DNA from: Nitrospinota bacterium
GTDB taxonomy: Bacteria > UBA8248
Reading direction: 5' to 3'
Assembly: GCA_030754595.1 (NCBI GenBank)
Contig: JASLZZ010000050.1
Location: 1-58,283 of the forward strand
Length of the DNA: 58,283 bases
The number at the start of each line of letters is the position of its first letter. Position 1 is the first letter of the stretch. Positions 1 through 11,853 of the stretch are shown here, piece by piece. The notes beneath the pieces were generated by a model. That model saw only the letters and a list, made by a program, of their open reading frames with translations. It had not been told where the DNA came from and did not search any database. A program made the translations under genes and the position numbers.

Positions 1-272
1 GGCTACGACAGCAACCTTGTGCGGGCCTCGCTGGCCGCCCTGGGGATCGAGCCCATCATCCCGGCGCGGAGGAACAACACGGTGGCCACCCACCAGGACG
101 GCCGCAGGCTCCGGCGCTACAGGCGGCGCTGGCTGGTAGAAAGGACGCATGCCTGGCTCCAGAACTACCGCCGTGTCCTCGTTCGCTACGAGCGCCTGGC
201 GGCTCTCTACCTGGGATTCGTCCATCTCGCGTGCGCCCTCATCGTGCTGAAAAGGGTTTTGGGATAGGTTCT
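1..272 (+). mobile_element. IS5-family insertion sequence, right end (3' part of DDE transposase, stop at 267, then terminal IR)
   Basis: Frame reads GYDS..LRASLAALGIEPIIPARRN...YRRRWLVERTHAWLQNYRRVLVRYER, the IS5-family DDE C-terminal signature. It ends in GGGATAGGTTCT(AA), resembling IS5-family ends. Truncated by the window edge. Confidence 0.85.
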
Positions 273-423
273 AATTTAACAAGGCATTTGGAAGGCCTCC
301 CGGTTTCCCTTCGGATTTCATCGGTCCACACGTCCGCCGCGCCGCCCGGCAAATTTCCGATATGATGTTAATCGGCGAGCCGATGTATCCGTCCCGGCGA
401 TCTGGTGCGTCCGGAGGAAATGA

Positions 424-1152
424 ATGCCCAAACTCTGTGTTAACGTAGATCATGTGGCTACAATTCGGCAGGCCCGGGGGACAAACGAACCCGATCCCGT
501 GGCGGCCGCTCTCATTGCCGAACGAGCCGGGGCCGTCGGCATCACGATTCACCTGCGGGAAGATCGGCGGCACATTCAGGACAGGGACCTGAGCCTGATC
601 CGGCAAGTCGTCCGAGGCAAACTCAACCTTGAGATGGCGCCGGTTGAGGAGATGAGAGGAATAGCCCTCGACACCCGCCCGGATCAGGTGACACTGGTCC
701 CTGAGCGGCGAGAGGAGATTACAACTGAGGGAGGCCTCGGTGTCTCCGGCCAGATGGACCGGCTCGCGGCAATTATCGATCCCGTTCAAGCAGCTAAAAT
801 CCTCGTCAGCCTTTTCATTGACCCCGAGTCGCACCAAATAGAGGCCGCTCACCGGCTCGGCGCCGATTATATCGAGCTCAATACCGCTGCCTATTCCGAG
901 GCCCGGAATTCAGAGGCGGTTGGCAGGGAGATATCCGCCCTGAAAAAAGCGGCCGACCAGGCGCACGCCCTGGGTCTCGGTGTTCACGCGGGACACGGCC
1001 TCACCTTCCTGAATGTGGAACCGATAGCTTCTCTTCCACACATAGAGGAGTTGAACATCGGCCACAGCATCGTCTCGCACGCCGTATTCACCGGGTTCGA
1101 GGCGGCGGTTGGTGAAATGGCGCGTCTTGTCGAGGGGCGGGGACGGTCCTAA
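424..1152 (+). CDS. pdxJ: Pyridoxine 5'-phosphate synthase
   Basis: [28 protein letters not shown] and ELNIGHSI motifs. Confidence 0.97.
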   Translation: MPKLCVNVDHVATIRQARGTNEPDPVAAALIAERAGAVGITIHLREDRRHIQDRDLSLIRQVVRGKLNLEMAPVEEMRGIALDTRPDQVTLVPERREEITTEGGLGVSGQMDRLAAIIDPVQAAKILVSLFIDPESHQIEAAHRLGADYIELNTAAYSEARNSEAVGREISALKKAADQAHALGLGVHAGHGLTFLNVEPIASLPHIEELNIGHSIVSHAVFTGFEAAVGEMARLVEGRGRS

Positions 1153-1154
1153 GA

Positions 1155-2732
1155 ATGGCTCTTCCCATTCTCACCGCCGACGAGATGCGCCGCGTGGATG
1201 CTCGCGCAATAGAAGACTACGGTGTCCCGTCGTCCGCGCTGATGGAAACGGCGGGTTGCCAGGCCGCCCGGGCCATCTGGGAGCACTTTGGCCAGCCCGG
1301 TTTGCGGGTTCTCGTCGCCGCCGGCAAGGGAAACAATGGAGGCGACGGATTCGTCATCGCCCGCCACCTGATCAACCAGGGGGCGGAGGTTTGCGTGTTT
1401 GCGCTTTTTCCGCTTGAGGAGGTTTCGGGCGATCCGGCGATTTTTTTGAATATTCTCAATAAAATGGGGGCCTCGCTCAAATCCATAGAAAACAAAGAGT
1501 CTATCGCCCGCCTTAGATCCGCGGCAGTCCACAGCGACCTGGTGGTGGATGCCATCCTGGGGACAGGTTTCAGCCCGCCGGCGAGGGGACTGGCCGAAGA
1601 GGCGCTGGAAGCGCTTGGCGATATCAGGACACCTATCACAGCAGTGGACATCCCCTCTGGCCTTGATGCGACAACGGGCTCATCCGAAGGACATTTTCTA
1701 AAAGCTGACCTTACTGTTGCTTTCGGCGCCTATAAACGTGGGCATTTCCTGTTGCCCGCCGCCGAATTCGTAGGGGAGGTCGTACTCGCCGATATCGGGA
1801 TTCCAACGCCCTGCATGGAAGAGGAAGACATCCCGCTGAAGTTGACCGAAGCGGAGGATATCGCCCGCTTCTTGCCGGAAAGAAGGTTGGGCGCCCATAA
1901 AGGGGATGCCGGGAATTTGCTTGTCGTCGCAGGCTCCCGGGGGATGATGGGGGCGGCTATTATGGCCGCGTCCGCCGGTCTTCGTATCGGGGCGGGGAAG
2001 GTGACCCTTGCCGTCCCGGAGTCACTCGCCTATGCGGTCGAATCCGGCCCACCGGAGATCATGGCGCTGTCGTTGACAGACACACCCGCCGGAACACTGG
2101 ACACCTCGGCTTTCGACCCGATACTCGAGGCTGCGTCTTCCATGGACGCGGTTATTGTTGGTCCCGGAATTTCTACTCATCCGAGGACTGTTGAACTTGT
2201 TCAAAGTCTTATCAAACACTTTGAAATACCTCTTGTCCTTGATGCAGACGGGCTCAACGCGCTTTCTCAGGACATCACGGTGCTCGATGGGACACGCACA
2301 GAGCTTCTTCTTACGCCGCACCCGGGCGAGATGGCCCGTCTTGGACGGATCAGCGCATCGAACGTTCAGGCCGATAGGGCGGGTATAGCCATCGATTTTG
2401 CGTCGGCTCACGGGGTGACACTCGCTCTCAAGGGGGCCCGGACGATCATTGCCACACCGGGCGGCAGCGCCTGGCTGAATCCCACCGGGAACCCTGCTCT
2501 CGCTTCAGGCGGAACGGGTGATATTCTCGCTGGAGTGGTCGGCGGATTGCTCGCACAGGGTATTTCTTCCGAAGGAGCACTGGTGGCAGGCACCTATTTG
2601 CATGGTGCGGCCGGCGATATCGCAGCGAATCGGATTGGAGGAGTCGGTCTGACGGCTACGGACCTGCTTCCCGCACTCCCCTTGGCGCGCTCCCAGACCA
2701 TGGACACAAAGGGGGGGGATGCGCCCTGGTAG
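1155..2732 (+). CDS. nnr: Bifunctional NAD(P)H-hydrate epimerase/dehydratase (YjeF)
   Basis: GKGNNGGDG, DAILGTG, DIPSG, LTPHPGEM and GNPALASGGTGD motifs; 525 aa two-domain length. Confidence 0.95.
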   Translation: MALPILTADEMRRVDARAIEDYGVPSSALMETAGCQAARAIWEHFGQPGLRVLVAAGKGNNGGDGFVIARHLINQGAEVCVFALFPLEEVSGDPAIFLNILNKMGASLKSIENKESIARLRSAAVHSDLVVDAILGTGFSPPARGLAEEALEALGDIRTPITAVDIPSGLDATTGSSEGHFLKADLTVAFGAYKRGHFLLPAAEFVGEVVLADIGIPTPCMEEEDIPLKLTEAEDIARFLPERRLGAHKGDAGNLLVVAGSRGMMGAAIMAASAGLRIGAGKVTLAVPESLAYAVESGPPEIMALSLTDTPAGTLDTSAFDPILEAASSMDAVIVGPGISTHPRTVELVQSLIKHFEIPLVLDADGLNALSQDITVLDGTRTELLLTPHPGEMARLGRISASNVQADRAGIAIDFASAHGVTLALKGARTIIATPGGSAWLNPTGNPALASGGTGDILAGVVGGLLAQGISSEGALVAGTYLHGAAGDIAANRIGGVGLTATDLLPALPLARSQTMDTKGGDAPW

Positions 2733-2740
2733 AGCGTCCG

Positions 2741-3172
2741 ATGACAATTGAGAGCAGCTCCCCCGAAGAGACGGAATTATTGGGCCGTGAATTGGCAAAA
2801 AATCTAACGGCTGGAGACATCGTTCTCCTTTATGGGGACCTGGGGGCGGGGAAATCAGTCCTTGCAAGGGGGATCATTCGCGCTTTGCCGGGAGGAAAGA
2901 ATCGAACAGTCCGGAGTCCCACCTATGTCTACATCCAACAGCACCCCACGAATCCCCCGGTCAGCCATGTCGATCTCTACCGGCTTCCGAGAAAATCCGT
3001 CCCCGAGGACCTTGGCCTGGAAGAATGGGCCAACTCTGAGCGCCTGACTATTGTTGAATGGGCCGGGCGGCTGGCGCGGATGCGATTTGCGAGGGCCACC
3101 GAAATTCACATCGAAATTTTGGGGGAAAATCGCCGAAGATTCCTCGTTCAGAAATATGGTTCCTCTGAATAG
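2741..3172 (+). CDS. tsaE: tRNA threonylcarbamoyladenosine biosynthesis ATPase
   Basis: GDLGAGKS P-loop, SPTY, HVDLYRL and VEW motifs; follows nnr. Confidence 0.93.
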   Translation: MTIESSSPEETELLGRELAKNLTAGDIVLLYGDLGAGKSVLARGIIRALPGGKNRTVRSPTYVYIQQHPTNPPVSHVDLYRLPRKSVPEDLGLEEWANSERLTIVEWAGRLARMRFARATEIHIEILGENRRRFLVQKYGSSE

Positions 3173-3213
3173 GGTTTACTCCTCAATTTTGCTTTACATT
3201 CCAATTCAACTTG

Positions 3214-3229
3214 TGGCATCGTGTCTGCG
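3214..3229 (+). promoter_or_regulatory. Possible sigma54 -24/-12 promoter upstream of lptC-lptA-lptB-rpoN
   Basis: TGGCATCGTGTCTGCG has exact GG-N10-GC spacing but is an imperfect match to TGGCACG-N4-TTGC. Confidence 0.3.
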
Positions 3230-3357
3230 GCATTACATTTGCGTGTGCTTTCGTTACGCCTTTATGAAATTGGGGTTTTTTATTTTGACGGCTGAGAAAA
3301 CAGGTTTGAAAACAATGATATTCAGCACTGATATCAACATTCGAGACGAAACGTAAA

Positions 3358-4008
3358 ATGAAAACCTTTATGCCTTCCAGCCACCAGATTCGCCGGATTA
3401 TTATTGTCATTCTTTTCTTGCTGGGAGGGTCGATCGTCTACTTCCTTGCCTGGCCGTCCAACTATGCTATCAAGGCAAATAATATCTCCTTTACGGGTTC
3501 GGATGCTGATCTGACTATTGATCGGATGCATGTTATTCAAAATAAGCAAGGTACGAAGGACTGGGAGATGTGGGCCGATTCGGCAAAAATCTACCATAAA
3601 AAAAATATAACAAAGCTCGAATCGATTCGAATCCGTTTTTACCCCAAAAAAGGCAAACCAATTGATATCACCGCGGACAGCGGTGTGATGGAAAACGACA
3701 GCCGGAACATGAGCATTCGGGGGAATGTCTTGATTCAAACTTCCGAGGGTTACGCTCTTCGAACTGAAAGATTGCGGTTTCGGCCCAAGGAAAAAAAATT
3801 CGATACCAACGATAAAATACTTCTCAAGGGAAATTCATTCAATCTGACAGGAACGGGTCTTCACGGAGAAACCGACAAGGGACTGTTTAAACTCGACGAA
3901 AAAGTGAAGGCCGTTATTTATAATAAGAGTTCAAATACATATGCCGCCGCAACCGAACGAGCCGCCCCTCCGGCGAAGTCGACACCACCTGAAGGGAGCA
4001 CGCCTTGA
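3358..4008 (+). CDS. lptC: LPS export periplasmic protein LptC
   Basis: N-terminal TM segment, beta-jellyroll-like WEMWADSA..ITADSG..LRTERL pattern, position before lptA-lptB. Confidence 0.85.
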   Translation: MKTFMPSSHQIRRIIIVILFLLGGSIVYFLAWPSNYAIKANNISFTGSDADLTIDRMHVIQNKQGTKDWEMWADSAKIYHKKNITKLESIRIRFYPKKGKPIDITADSGVMENDSRNMSIRGNVLIQTSEGYALRTERLRFRPKEKKFDTNDKILLKGNSFNLTGTGLHGETDKGLFKLDEKVKAVIYNKSSNTYAAATERAAPPAKSTPPEGSTP

Positions 4009-4039
4009 CGCACTTTGCCATCCGAACGGCCTTCTCCCG

Positions 4040-4672
4040 GTGAAGAAAGTTGTTCGCACCTTCACAACGCTGGGGGTTTCATGGATCTTTTTCATCGGTG
4101 TATTGCCAATCGCGGCCTTTGGCGCCGCCGAACCCGCTACATCCCCCTCAGCGACTGAGATATCCGCCCCCAAACCGGAAAAGAAGGAACCTATCCACAT
4201 CACCTCCGATAAAATGGAGGCCTACAACAAAAAAGATATGATTATTTTCATCGGCTCGGTTTCCGCTATACAGGGGAAAATGGAAATTCAGTCGGACCGG
4301 CTCGAAGTATTTATGAAGAAAAAAGAAAAATCCGCCGATGGGGGCTCAGGCACCGCGTCGGGCGATAACAATAACTCCGCCGCCGGACCGGACCAGAGTT
4401 CGGTTGATAGGCTAATCGCAATCGGAAATGTCCTGATCACCCAGGAAAAGTCCAAGTACGCTTCCGGCGAACACCTCGACTATCGAGAAACTTCGGGCAT
4501 CGCCGTGCTCACCGGAAACCCCCGGGCCTGGGATAATAAAAATCAAGTCATCGGGACAAAAATTGAAATATTTCTCAAGGATGGGCGTACGATCGTTTAC
4601 GGTAGTAAGAGCCGGCGGGTGAGCGTGACCCTGTACCCGAGTAACGATAAATCCGGCTCTAATGGAAAATAA
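4040..4672 (+). CDS. lptA: LPS transport periplasmic protein LptA (start uncertain; GTG at 4040 chosen)
   Basis: Signal peptide, [27 protein letters not shown] and LTGNPR OstA-like motifs. Confidence 0.85.
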   Translation: MKKVVRTFTTLGVSWIFFIGVLPIAAFGAAEPATSPSATEISAPKPEKKEPIHITSDKMEAYNKKDMIIFIGSVSAIQGKMEIQSDRLEVFMKKKEKSADGGSGTASGDNNNSAAGPDQSSVDRLIAIGNVLITQEKSKYASGEHLDYRETSGIAVLTGNPRAWDNKNQVIGTKIEIFLKDGRTIVYGSKSRRVSVTLYPSNDKSGSNGK

Positions 4673-5432
4673 CGGCCACTCCCAAGGCACGCAAGGCGAA
4701 CACCAACGCCATAAGTGCTTGCGCGCCCGAGCGCTCGTCAAAAGTTTTAGTGGAAGGCGTGTTGTGGGCGAGGTGGATCTTGAGGTGATTTCGGGCGAAA
4801 TCGTCGGTCTTTTGGGTCCCAACGGAGCCGGGAAAACAACCATTTTCTATATGATTGTCGGCTTGATTGAACCCGATTCGGGGGAAGTGTTCCTGGACGA
4901 GGAATCCATTACCGATATTCCAATGTATCAACGCGCACGCAAGGGGGTGAGCTACCTTCCTCAGGAAGCGTCGGTGTTCCGGCGCCTGACCGTCGAAGAA
5001 AATATCATGGCCGTACTCGAACTGATACCAGGCGGCCGGTCTACCCGGAGAAAAAGAACGGACGAGCTTCTTGAAGACTTGAATATAGCTCACATAAGAA
5101 AATCCGTTGGGTACACGCTCTCCGGTGGGGAGCGCCGGCGAGTGGAAATCGCCAGGGCGCTGGCCGCTTCGCCCACATTCATTCTCCTTGACGAGCCCTT
5201 TGCCGGGATCGACCCCATTGTTGTCAACGATATTCAAAATATTGTTACTCAATTGAAAAACCGGAATATCGGGATTCTTCTCACCGACCATAACGTCAGG
5301 GAGGCGCTCCAGATTGCCGACCGGGCCTATATCATTAACGAGGGAGAAATTCTGGAGACGGGGACTCCGGATTTAATTGCTACGAGCGATCGCGCTCGTA
5401 GCGTGTATCTCGGAGAAGGTTTCAAACTTTAG
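4662..5432 (+). CDS. lptB: LPS export ABC transporter ATP-binding protein
   Basis: [41 protein letters not shown] and TDHNVRE motifs. Confidence 0.96.
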   Translation: MENNGHSQGTQGEHQRHKCLRARALVKSFSGRRVVGEVDLEVISGEIVGLLGPNGAGKTTIFYMIVGLIEPDSGEVFLDEESITDIPMYQRARKGVSYLPQEASVFRRLTVEENIMAVLELIPGGRSTRRKRTDELLEDLNIAHIRKSVGYTLSGGERRRVEIARALAASPTFILLDEPFAGIDPIVVNDIQNIVTQLKNRNIGILLTDHNVREALQIADRAYIINEGEILETGTPDLIATSDRARSVYLGEGFKL

Positions 5433-5460
5433 CCGGATTTGCCACGAAGGAGGTTGATTC

Positions 5461-6927
5461 TTGTCGCTTCAGCCGAGAATGGTGCTGAGGGCGGAGCAGC
5501 GGCTCGTCATGACCGCCATGCTGCAGCAGGCAATCGGCCTCCTGCCGATGACGCGTCTCGAACTTCAACAGGCCGTGCAACAAGAGATGATGGAAAACCC
5601 CACCCTCGAGGAAAATACGGATGAAATAAAGGAAACCGTGGACGGCGAAATGCCCGAGGTGCGAGACGACCTCCCGGAAATGCAGACTGACGAACGAGGA
5701 GAGGTTGAAATCGATTGGGAAAATATCGTTCACGATAATTACAGCACAGACAGTTTTTCTCCACCCGCCGGCCCCGACGACTTTCCCTCCTATGAACAAA
5801 CGCTCGCCGTTCCCGAATCCTTGTGTGAGCACCTCGAATGGCAGTTAAATCTCACGGTGGCCAGCAAAACGGTGCTGGCCCTCGCTATGGAAATCATCGG
5901 GAATATCGATGACGCAGGTTATCTGCGCTCCGAACCCGCGGAATTCATCACCCAAAAAAATTTTTCCCAGGAAGCGCTTGACGAAGCCCTGCGCCTCGTC
6001 CAGTCCTTCGACCCACCGGGAGTCGGCGCTAGAGATCTCAAGGAATGTTTGCTTATCCAACTCGATATGCTCGATCCGCCCGAAGAGGACTACGACAATC
6101 TGCTGCCCCTCGCCCGTTCGTTGGTAGAGGGAAATATCGAGGGGCTTTTCGAGAGAAATTTCTCCAGACTGGCGCGCCAGTTCAAGGTGAGCGTGGAAAA
6201 AATCAACGCGTCCATCGAAATTATTCGATCTCTAACTCCCGAGCCGGGTGACCGATTTTCTCAAGAACGAGTGGAAGTCGCCGAACCCGACGTGACCGTG
6301 ACAAAGAGGGGAGAGGGTTTCGATGTGACTTTGAACGACGATGGTCTTCCTCCGCTTCGAATCAGCCCTTCATATAGTGCCATGGCAGCTAACCGGAATG
6401 AGGTCGGGAACGATACCCGAAAATACATCGAAGAAAGAGTGCGGGCGGCCGTCTGGTTCATAAAAAGCATCGAGCAGCGCCGTGAAACCATAATGAAGGT
6501 TTCCCGGAGCATCGTTTCATTTCAAAAGGATTTTCTCGAACATGGCGTCAGCCAACTCCGGCCCCTCGTTCTTCGCGACGTGGCTGAGGATATTGAAATG
6601 CACGAATCCACCGTAAGCCGGGTGACGACCGGAAAATACATGGAAACGCCTCAGGGTGTTTATAATTTTAAATATTTTTTCCATAGCGGCCTCGTTTCCA
6701 TAGGTGGTGGCAGTACCTCCTCTGTAGCCGTAAAAGAGAAAATCCGTGAGATTGTCGATAAAGAAGACAAGTTCAAACCCCTGACCGATCAACAACTCGT
6801 CGAGAAATTGCGGGAAGTGGACGTTGTCATAGCCCGGAGAACAGTCACAAAATACCGCAAAGAGCTCCGCATTCTCTCTGCAAGCCGCAGAAAGCAGTTT
6901 TGTTCTAAGTCTGTTTACCTTTTTTAA
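5461..6927 (+). CDS. rpoN: RNA polymerase sigma-54 factor
   Basis: Q/L-rich region I, HESTVSR, and RpoN box ARRTVTKYR; AAGGAGG RBS before the TTG start. Confidence 0.97.
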   Translation: MSLQPRMVLRAEQRLVMTAMLQQAIGLLPMTRLELQQAVQQEMMENPTLEENTDEIKETVDGEMPEVRDDLPEMQTDERGEVEIDWENIVHDNYSTDSFSPPAGPDDFPSYEQTLAVPESLCEHLEWQLNLTVASKTVLALAMEIIGNIDDAGYLRSEPAEFITQKNFSQEALDEALRLVQSFDPPGVGARDLKECLLIQLDMLDPPEEDYDNLLPLARSLVEGNIEGLFERNFSRLARQFKVSVEKINASIEIIRSLTPEPGDRFSQERVEVAEPDVTVTKRGEGFDVTLNDDGLPPLRISPSYSAMAANRNEVGNDTRKYIEERVRAAVWFIKSIEQRRETIMKVSRSIVSFQKDFLEHGVSQLRPLVLRDVAEDIEMHESTVSRVTTGKYMETPQGVYNFKYFFHSGLVSIGGGSTSSVAVKEKIREIVDKEDKFKPLTDQQLVEKLREVDVVIARRTVTKYRKELRILSASRRKQFCSKSVYLF

Positions 6928-7315
6928 TCAGATATTTGCAGAATATCTTAAGTATTGAGATGAGCTTTGAGGGCGTGGTTGAGCTCGTGTTCTCATATGA
7001 TTAATAATAAACGTGTAACCGATGTTTATACAATATATTATAGCATGTTTCTCAAATATTAGTTACGAAAAATGGTGTAACATATTGCTTTTATTGTACT
7101 TAAACGGGCTGAATGATATTCTGGTCTGCCTGGTGCCAAGCGCATGATCATTTCAAGGTTTTCGACTATAATAAAAATAAGAATTCAACCCGGCGAGAGT
7201 GTGCCGATTCCGTACAGAGGAAATTGACCCGCCCTCGGGCTATTTTGTTTGGCCCTCTCGTTTTCAGTCCAATCCAGCCCGTCATTCGCGACTCAATTTT
7301 GGCCAGAGGCTTTCT

Positions 7316-8284
7316 ATGAACCAACTCGCGGTTTCTCGGTTTTTTGAAGATATGAGGGAGGACCTCGACCTCGTGCTAGCCGCCGGCCGCGAGGGGATTC
7401 ATGGCAAGATCCTGGAAAGCCAGTTCCAGAAAAACGGACTCGCCCTCGCCGGAGATCTGGGACCGGTCCATCCCGGACGGGTTCAGGTGTGGGGCTACAC
7501 CGAACTCTCCTACCTTAACAAGCTCGAAGAACCCGCCCGGTACGACGCGGTTTCGGCTTTTTTCGGCCTCCCTCCCTGTGTTGTCCTCATTGTCGGTGTT
7601 GACACGCTTCCCGACGGAATCACCAACCTCGCCGACACAGCCCAAGTACCTTTGATCATCACAAAGCTCCCGGGCAGGGAGGCTCTACCCCAGATACTCA
7701 CCTACCTGGAGACCCGTCTCGCCCCCCGGGCGCACATGCACGGCGTCCTCGTCGATCTCTACGGTGTGGGCGTCCTGATACAGGGGAAAAGCGGGATCGG
7801 CAAGAGCGAATGCGCCCTTCACCTTATCACCAGGGGACACCGTCTCGTTGCGGACGATGTGGTGGACATCCACCTCCACGGCCAGGAACTCGTGGGCCAG
7901 AGCACCGACCTGCTGAAACATCATCTCGAAGTCCGGGGATTGGGAATCCTGAACATCAAGGATTTGTTCGGCGTTGTGGCCATTCGCTACGAGAAAAATG
8001 TTGAAATGATCATCGAGTTGGTTCCTTGGACCGCCGACCAATCGTTCGATAGACTGGGGATCGATCTCGAATCGAGGGAGATTCTCGGTCATGCGCTCTC
8101 CTTGGTCCGCATTCCGGTCGCCCCCGGGCGAAATGTGCCCACAATTATCGAGGTGGCCGCCCGGAACCGCCTTCTCCAGCGAATGGGATATTTTTCCGCG
8201 CATGAATTCAGCCGAAACCTCGCTACCCAGATTGCCCTGGAAAATTCCCGTCAATCCGTTGATACCTTGGGAGCGGAGAATTGA
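7316..8284 (+). CDS. hprK: HPr(Ser) kinase/phosphorylase
   Basis: HGVLVD, GKSGIGKSE, LVADD, LEVRGLGI and PGRN motifs. Confidence 0.95.
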   Translation: MNQLAVSRFFEDMREDLDLVLAAGREGIHGKILESQFQKNGLALAGDLGPVHPGRVQVWGYTELSYLNKLEEPARYDAVSAFFGLPPCVVLIVGVDTLPDGITNLADTAQVPLIITKLPGREALPQILTYLETRLAPRAHMHGVLVDLYGVGVLIQGKSGIGKSECALHLITRGHRLVADDVVDIHLHGQELVGQSTDLLKHHLEVRGLGILNIKDLFGVVAIRYEKNVEMIIELVPWTADQSFDRLGIDLESREILGHALSLVRIPVAPGRNVPTIIEVAARNRLLQRMGYFSAHEFSRNLATQIALENSRQSVDTLGAEN

Positions 8285-8706
8285 TCGGACTGGTGGTGGT
8301 GGGACATGGGGATTTCCCCGTCGCGCTCCTCAAGGCCGCGGAATCCGTGCTCGCCGGAGTCACCCAGATGCGCGCTATTGGCCTTGAGCCAGGCAGGGTG
8401 CCGGGCACGCTTTCGGCGGAAATCGGCCGGGCGGTGGACGAGATCGATTCGGGCGAAGGGGTAATCATCATGACGGACATGATGGGAGGAACACCGACGA
8501 ATGCCGCCCTGGCCATGTTGAACCGCAAGGGAGTCGAAGTTGTAACCGGCGTCAATCTCCCCATGTTGCTCAAGGTTCCCTTTATTAAGGGCAAAACCTC
8601 CAAGGAGGCGGCTAATTTTCTGGTTGAATACGGAAGGCGGAATCTCGCCCAGCCCAGCGAAATGCTCGAGGCGATGAAACCCGAGAAATCAGGCAAAAAG
8701 GATTAA
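8281..8706 (+). CDS. PTS EIIA component, mannose/fructose family
   Basis: VVVGHG phospho-His, TDMMGGTP and GVNLPML motifs. Confidence 0.92.
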   Translation: MIGLVVVGHGDFPVALLKAAESVLAGVTQMRAIGLEPGRVPGTLSAEIGRAVDEIDSGEGVIIMTDMMGGTPTNAALAMLNRKGVEVVTGVNLPMLLKVPFIKGKTSKEAANFLVEYGRRNLAQPSEMLEAMKPEKSGKKD

Positions 8707-8708
8707 AC

Positions 8709-8972
8709 GTGCCCGAAAGGAATGTCACTGTAACCAACGAACTCGGTGTACACGCACGAGCGGCGGCCGCATTTGCCCAGCTTTCCACCCGGTTTGAATG
8801 CGAGATTTTCGTCTCCTGCCGCGGCATGGAGGTGGATGGGAAGAGCATTATGGGTGTCATGATGCTCACCGCTCCCGTTGGCGCGGAATTGACCATCCGG
8901 GCCGATGGCGAGGACGCCCAGGATGCCGTCGAACAGCTGGCCGCGCTTGTCGATAACAGCTTCGAGGAGTGA
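8709..8972 (+). CDS. ptsH: Phosphocarrier protein HPr
   Basis: GVHARAA (His15) and DGKSIMGVM (Ser46) motifs. Confidence 0.93.
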   Translation: MPERNVTVTNELGVHARAAAAFAQLSTRFECEIFVSCRGMEVDGKSIMGVMMLTAPVGAELTIRADGEDAQDAVEQLAALVDNSFEE

Positions 8973-9309
8973 AAACAGGGCCGCCGCCCGATGCTGGCGT
9001 TGCGCCTGGTCGCTTGATTCGGGGCCGAGGAGCAGGGCGGATATTTGTCATCCGCAATGGCGCAAGATGCGTCCGTGCATTTTTCTCCGGCATGCGGCGA
9101 ATACTGCCCGCGACAAATCGTTCGGCTAACCGCCCATAAAACAGTGTCTTGATGAAGGTCGGGCACTGACCTGTAGCTATTGGCCTTTACTGCAAAAACC
9201 ATTTATATTTCGCCGGGCCAAGAGAGAAAAATCGAGGTCCCGCTCTATTAATTAACCACGGCTGTAATCGCTCGAATTTACAGTTTACGCAATCGCTGGG
9301 AGACACTTG

Positions 9310-10488
9310 ATGGCATCGGTTGGAAGTAACGATTTTATATTCACATCGGAATCTGTATCCGAAGGACATCCGGACAAGATGGCGGACCAGATCAGTGACG
9401 CCGTTCTGGATGCCATATTCGCCCAGGACCCATATGGGAGGGTGGCTTGCGAAACACTGCTCACCACCGGAATTGTATTTATTGCCGGTGAAATCACGAC
9501 AAAAGCGCAGTACGACCCTAAAACAATCGCACGGGAAACCATACGAAGGATCGGCTACGACGATGCCTCCTTCGGTTTCGATTGCGATACATGCGCCATC
9601 GTTAACGCGATTGACCGCCAGTCGCCCAACATTTCCCAGGGGGTATCGGAGGGGGAGGGTCTTCACAAGGACCAGGGGGCCGGCGATCAGGGCATGATGT
9701 TCGGCTTCGCCTGCCGGGAAACCGAAGAGCTCATGCCGATGCCCATTATGCTTTCGCATAAGCTCGTCGAGCGGACGACCGCCGTCCGTCGCGATGGCAC
9801 GCTTCCCTATCTCCGCCCGGACAGCAAAAGTCAGGTTTCGATTCGCTACGAGAAAAATCAGCCCGTTGCCATCGAAAATGTCGTCATTTCCGTCCAACAT
9901 TCAGAAGAAGTGGACCTCGCCACTATCCGAGAGGACATCATCACCCACGTCATCGAACCGATCGTGGACGCGAAAATGATATCCAATGACACGACCTTCT
10001 TTGTTAATCCGACCGGGGTTTTCATCATCGGAGGTCCCATGGGAGACACCGGCCTCACCGGGCGCAAAATCATCGTGGACACATACGGTGGCTACAGCCG
10101 GCACGGGGGAGGGGCCTTCTCCGGCAAGGACCCGTCCAAGGTGGACCGCTCGGCCGCCTACATGGCCCGCTATGTGGCGAAAAATATCGTCGCCGCCGAT
10201 CTGGCTGAGCGCTGCGAAGTGCAGCTTGCTTACGCCATTGGCGTTGCCGACCCCGTATCGGTTCTTGTGGACGATTTTGGAACCGGCAAGGTGGAACCGA
10301 AGAAACTCTCGGCCGCCGTGCGAAATGTTTTCGGTCTCAAACCCAAGGAAATTATCGAAGGCCTTGACCTGAGGCGTCCCATCTACCAAAAGACCGCCGC
10401 CTACGGCCACTTTGGACGGGATCTCCCCGAATTCACCTGGGAGCACATCGACAAGGTGGACGACTTGCATAAAGAGTTGGGAATCTAA
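9310..10488 (+). CDS. metK: S-adenosylmethionine synthetase
   Basis: [28 protein letters not shown] and TAAYGHFG motifs. Confidence 0.98.
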   Translation: MASVGSNDFIFTSESVSEGHPDKMADQISDAVLDAIFAQDPYGRVACETLLTTGIVFIAGEITTKAQYDPKTIARETIRRIGYDDASFGFDCDTCAIVNAIDRQSPNISQGVSEGEGLHKDQGAGDQGMMFGFACRETEELMPMPIMLSHKLVERTTAVRRDGTLPYLRPDSKSQVSIRYEKNQPVAIENVVISVQHSEEVDLATIREDIITHVIEPIVDAKMISNDTTFFVNPTGVFIIGGPMGDTGLTGRKIIVDTYGGYSRHGGGAFSGKDPSKVDRSAAYMARYVAKNIVAADLAERCEVQLAYAIGVADPVSVLVDDFGTGKVEPKKLSAAVRNVFGLKPKEIIEGLDLRRPIYQKTAAYGHFGRDLPEFTWEHIDKVDDLHKELGI

Positions 10489-10518
10489 CCAACGCCCGCG
10501 AAAATGCCCCACAGGTGA

Positions 10519-11811
<1,293 letters not shown>

Positions 11812-11853
11812 CCCTTTTTTCGCCCCTGCTCTAGCCGCCTAGCCGGAGGTGCC

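Noticed and set aside
8973..9309. SAM or SAH riboswitch upstream of metK
   Set aside because: I could not match conserved cores of SAM-I, SAM-II, SAM-V or SAH riboswitches by eye; an Infernal/Rfam scan would be needed.
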